Shown here: positions 61,682 through 64,000 of the stretch, one piece after another
Layout: each line of letters starts with the position of its first letter
How positions within the stretch are numbered: the stretch's first letter is position 1
NCBI GenBank assembly: GCA_030698565.1
Contig: JAUYJS010000005.1
Location: 90,497 to 154,496, forward strand
Length of the DNA stretch: 64,000 nucleotides
Reading direction: 5' to 3'
Source of the DNA: Candidatus Shapirobacteria bacterium
Lineage (GTDB): Bacteria > Patescibacteriota > Microgenomatia > UBA12405
Notes under the pieces: generated by a model
The model's database searches: none
Told to the model about the DNA's origin: nothing
What the model saw: only the letters and a program-made list of their open reading frames with translations
Program-made: the position numbers and the translations under genes

Positions 61682-61830
61682 CGATTTTTTTCAATTTGAT
61701 TGTAATTGAGATATAATTTTGATATTCTTGCTCGGTTAAATAGTTACCAATACTCTATTGTCCCAAAAGAACACAAGCTTTGGTAATTATCCCCGTCGTC
61801 CCGCCAGGACTAGGGGTTTTGACAATTTAA

Positions 61831-61901
61831 TACCCCGTCGTCTAACGGTAGGACAGCTGGCTCTGAACCAGCTAATTGTGGTTCGAATCCATACGGGGTA
61901 A
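61831..61901 (+). tRNA. tRNA-Gln(CTG)
   Basis: TACCCCG/CGGGGTA acceptor stem, GCTGG-CTCTGAA-CCAGC anticodon arm, GTTCGAATC T-arm. Confidence 0.96.
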
Positions 61902-61943
61902 CAACATTTTAATGTTTTAATAATTTTTAGGTAAAATGAATAT

Positions 61944-62351
61944 ATGTATAAAATATCCGTAAAAGTATCACCGTCAAGTATCGAAGGGGAAGGTGTATTT
62001 ACTAATGAAGACATACCTAAAAATAATATTGTTTGGATATATAAATCAGGATATGACTTAATAATGTCAAAAGAAGATTTTAAAAAATTACCTTCCGAAG
62101 AAAAGTCTCGGATAGAAAAAATCGGATACCTTTCACCTTGGTCTAATAGATGGGTTTTCCCTCCTGAAAATGATGCTGCACAATTTACTAATCACAGTAG
62201 AAAAAATAATTTATCAACAGTTTATAATAAAAAAATTTCTGAAGAACCCTATTTTATCGCTAATAGGGATATAAGAGCAGATGAGGAACTGACTAATAAT
62301 TATTACGAGTTTGATTTATTAATTCAAAAAACCAAGCCTGATTGGGCATAA
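61944..62351 (+). CDS. SET domain lysine methyltransferase
   Basis: S.IEGEGVF, FTNHS and ANRDI...EELT.NY motifs. Confidence 0.9.
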   Translation: MYKISVKVSPSSIEGEGVFTNEDIPKNNIVWIYKSGYDLIMSKEDFKKLPSEEKSRIEKIGYLSPWSNRWVFPPENDAAQFTNHSRKNNLSTVYNKKISEEPYFIANRDIRADEELTNNYYEFDLLIQKTKPDWA

Positions 62352-62448
62352 ATAGTTCTAATGAACTAACCATTCGACTCCAAATTTTATATTTTAATTT
62401 GAATCTCCTCTTGCGAGAATTTCCGAAACTCTACTGAGTTTTTTCCTA

Positions 62449-62461
62449 CATACGGGGTAAC
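62449..62461 (+). repeat. Displaced copy of the tRNA-Gln 3' end
   Basis: catacggggtaac identical to 61890-61902; both copies are followed within 1-3 nt by attttaat. Confidence 0.8.
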
Positions 62462-62505
62462 TATTTTAATAAAACTCAAATTAAATATGGTAAAATCCGA
62501 ACAAT

Positions 62506-63054
62506 ATGAGTAATTTGAGGGAATATGTGAATTGGTTGCCCTTACAAGCAACAGAATATATTCCATATATAAAACCAAATGCTGGAATCCCAATAGACAA
62601 CCAAAGAATTAACTTGTCTTTACTTTGCGGAAACGAAAGAAAGATATTAAAGACTCCAGTGGATGGTGATTATAGTTTGGTTTTACAATATAAAAGTAAA
62701 GAAGGAGCTGTGGTTAGTTTTAGTACAACAGAACCGGAAAACTTGTCGGTTCTACAAATACAAGGAGCGAGAAGTAAAGAAAGTTATAGAGTTTCAATTT
62801 GTATTTTATGGATCGAACTTTTTAGTAACCAAGTAGAAAAAATGGTCACCCATGAATTAAGTCCGTTTACAAGAATTACTATGCCTAAACTTGAAGAAAT
62901 CAGTGGGTTGTATGAGACGGGAACAGAAGCGGCAATTAAAAGATACCAATACTTTGCTGATATACTTAAGTTAAGATATTCACAAAGTGAGCGTCGATAT
63001 ATGAAAGAATTAAAAACACCAGATATTGTGATTCCAGTTACGAACTGGAAGTAA
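62506..63054 (+). CDS. Hypothetical protein
   Basis: 182-aa ORF with TAAAAT upstream. Confidence 0.6.
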   Translation: MSNLREYVNWLPLQATEYIPYIKPNAGIPIDNQRINLSLLCGNERKILKTPVDGDYSLVLQYKSKEGAVVSFSTTEPENLSVLQIQGARSKESYRVSICILWIELFSNQVEKMVTHELSPFTRITMPKLEEISGLYETGTEAAIKRYQYFADILKLRYSQSERRYMKELKTPDIVIPVTNWK

Positions 63055-63073
63055 TAAACTATAATACTTTTAT

Positions 63074-63814
63074 ATGGAACTTAAAAACAAAGTCGCCTTA
63101 ATAACCGGTGCTTCTAAGGGAATGGGGCAATCAATAGCTGTGGCGTTAGCTAAAGAGGGGTGCTCGGTGATTATTAATTTTAAATCGGATTCTGTTTCTG
63201 CTCGGGCAGTTTTAGAAGAATGTAACAAATACTCGAATGGTAATTTAGTTTTGCAAGCTGATGTATCTAACGAAATTGAAGTCAAAACAATGTTTGAAAA
63301 AATTAAAAAGACATTCAAACATTTGGATATATTAATAAATAACGCTGGAATTTTTGACGATAACGATTCTCCTAGTAATATTGATGCTTTTGAAAACATT
63401 TATAGAAATAATTTTTTAAGCAGCATTATCGTTACAAAATACGCCTTGAAATTATTGAAAATAGGGAAAATTGTCAATATGTCTTCAATCCATGGTCGGC
63501 TCGGATACGGAAGACCAACGGCTATCAGTTATTCTGCCTTTAAAGCAGCTCTTGAAAATTACACTAAAAATTTAGCTAAAGCCCTTGCTCCTAAAATATT
63601 AGTTAATGCGATTGCTCCCGGGAGGGTAATGACTTCTATGTGGGGAAAATTAAATAACAAAGAACAGCAAGAACTAGGAAAGGCACATTTAATTAAAAGA
63701 ATGATTAAGCCAGACGAAATATCGAATGGTGTTGTTTTTATATTAAAGAATGATGCGATTTGTGGAGAAATTTTGACCATAGACGGTGGATATAGTTTGC
63801 TAACATTAGATTAG
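63074..63814 (+). CDS. SDR family oxidoreductase
   Basis: TGASKGMG, NNAG, YSAFK and NAIAPG motifs. Confidence 0.93.
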   Translation: MELKNKVALITGASKGMGQSIAVALAKEGCSVIINFKSDSVSARAVLEECNKYSNGNLVLQADVSNEIEVKTMFEKIKKTFKHLDILINNAGIFDDNDSPSNIDAFENIYRNNFLSSIIVTKYALKLLKIGKIVNMSSIHGRLGYGRPTAISYSAFKAALENYTKNLAKALAPKILVNAIAPGRVMTSMWGKLNNKEQQELGKAHLIKRMIKPDEISNGVVFILKNDAICGEILTIDGGYSLLTLD

Positions 63815-63829
63815 GTCTGTTTAAATAAT

Positions 63830-64000
63830 ATGAAAATAAACGATAAAATTTATGGTGATATCGAGATAAAGAGCAAGGTAATAATTGATTTAATAAACAC
63901 TCCAGCATTCCAAAGATTGAAAAAAATTAGCCAAGACGGCGCACCGCATTATATTCAGCCAGTAAGAAATGTCTCGAGGTACGAACACTCAATTGGAGTA
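63830..64000 (+). CDS. HD-domain protein (SAMHD1/YwfO-like), N-terminal part; runs off the window
   Basis: Manual translation MKINDKIYGDI...TPAFQRLKKISQ...SRYEHSIGV. Confidence 0.8.
   Translation, partial: MKINDKIYGDIEIKSKVIIDLINTPAFQRLKKISQDGAPHYIQPVRNVSRYEHSIGV

Noticed and set aside
61787-62014. 75-aa minus-strand ORF
   Set aside because: Antisense to tRNA-Gln and the SET gene
62372-62381. T-loop-like ttcgactcc
   Set aside because: No T-stem or acceptor pairing; too short to call a tRNA remnant
1-64000. Alternative genetic code, prophage or IS element
   Set aside because: Genes are intact in the standard code with TGA used as stop; no integrase, transposase or phage structural motifs recognised

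Overview
This is AT-rich, gene-dense bacterial chromosome in the standard genetic code. Gene content and style point to a Patescibacteria/CPR genome, probably Microgenomates-like (inference). The core consists of a GT-C/GT2/flippase surface-glycosylation cluster, ftsEX plus a C39-type partner, LCP, prfB, typA, secA, serS, lysS, greA, sortase, an archaeal-type tyrS, uvrBAC, comM-yraN-dprA, folC-folA, a PMM, argS, lon (with a CIRCE-like operator), era, obgE, rlmN, trxA, dusB, tRNA-Glu(CTC) and tRNA-Gln(CTG). The most striking pattern is four small accessory cassettes (0.55-1.65 kb) with no integrase. Each sits directly behind a conserved gene (secA, an HD gene, tRNA-Glu, tRNA-Gln) and is closed by a second, usually slightly diverged copy of that gene's 3' end. 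This suggests recurrent gene acquisition by 3'-end replacement. Other observations: -10 boxes 5-9 nt before many start codons (leaderless-type expression), a palindromic repeat inserted in frame in rlmN, a MerR-like pseudogene with a 10-bp periodic upstream array, domain-reduced UvrA/UvrC, and an unlisted 55-aa ORF. All calls come from motif recognition by eye; no database searches were run.
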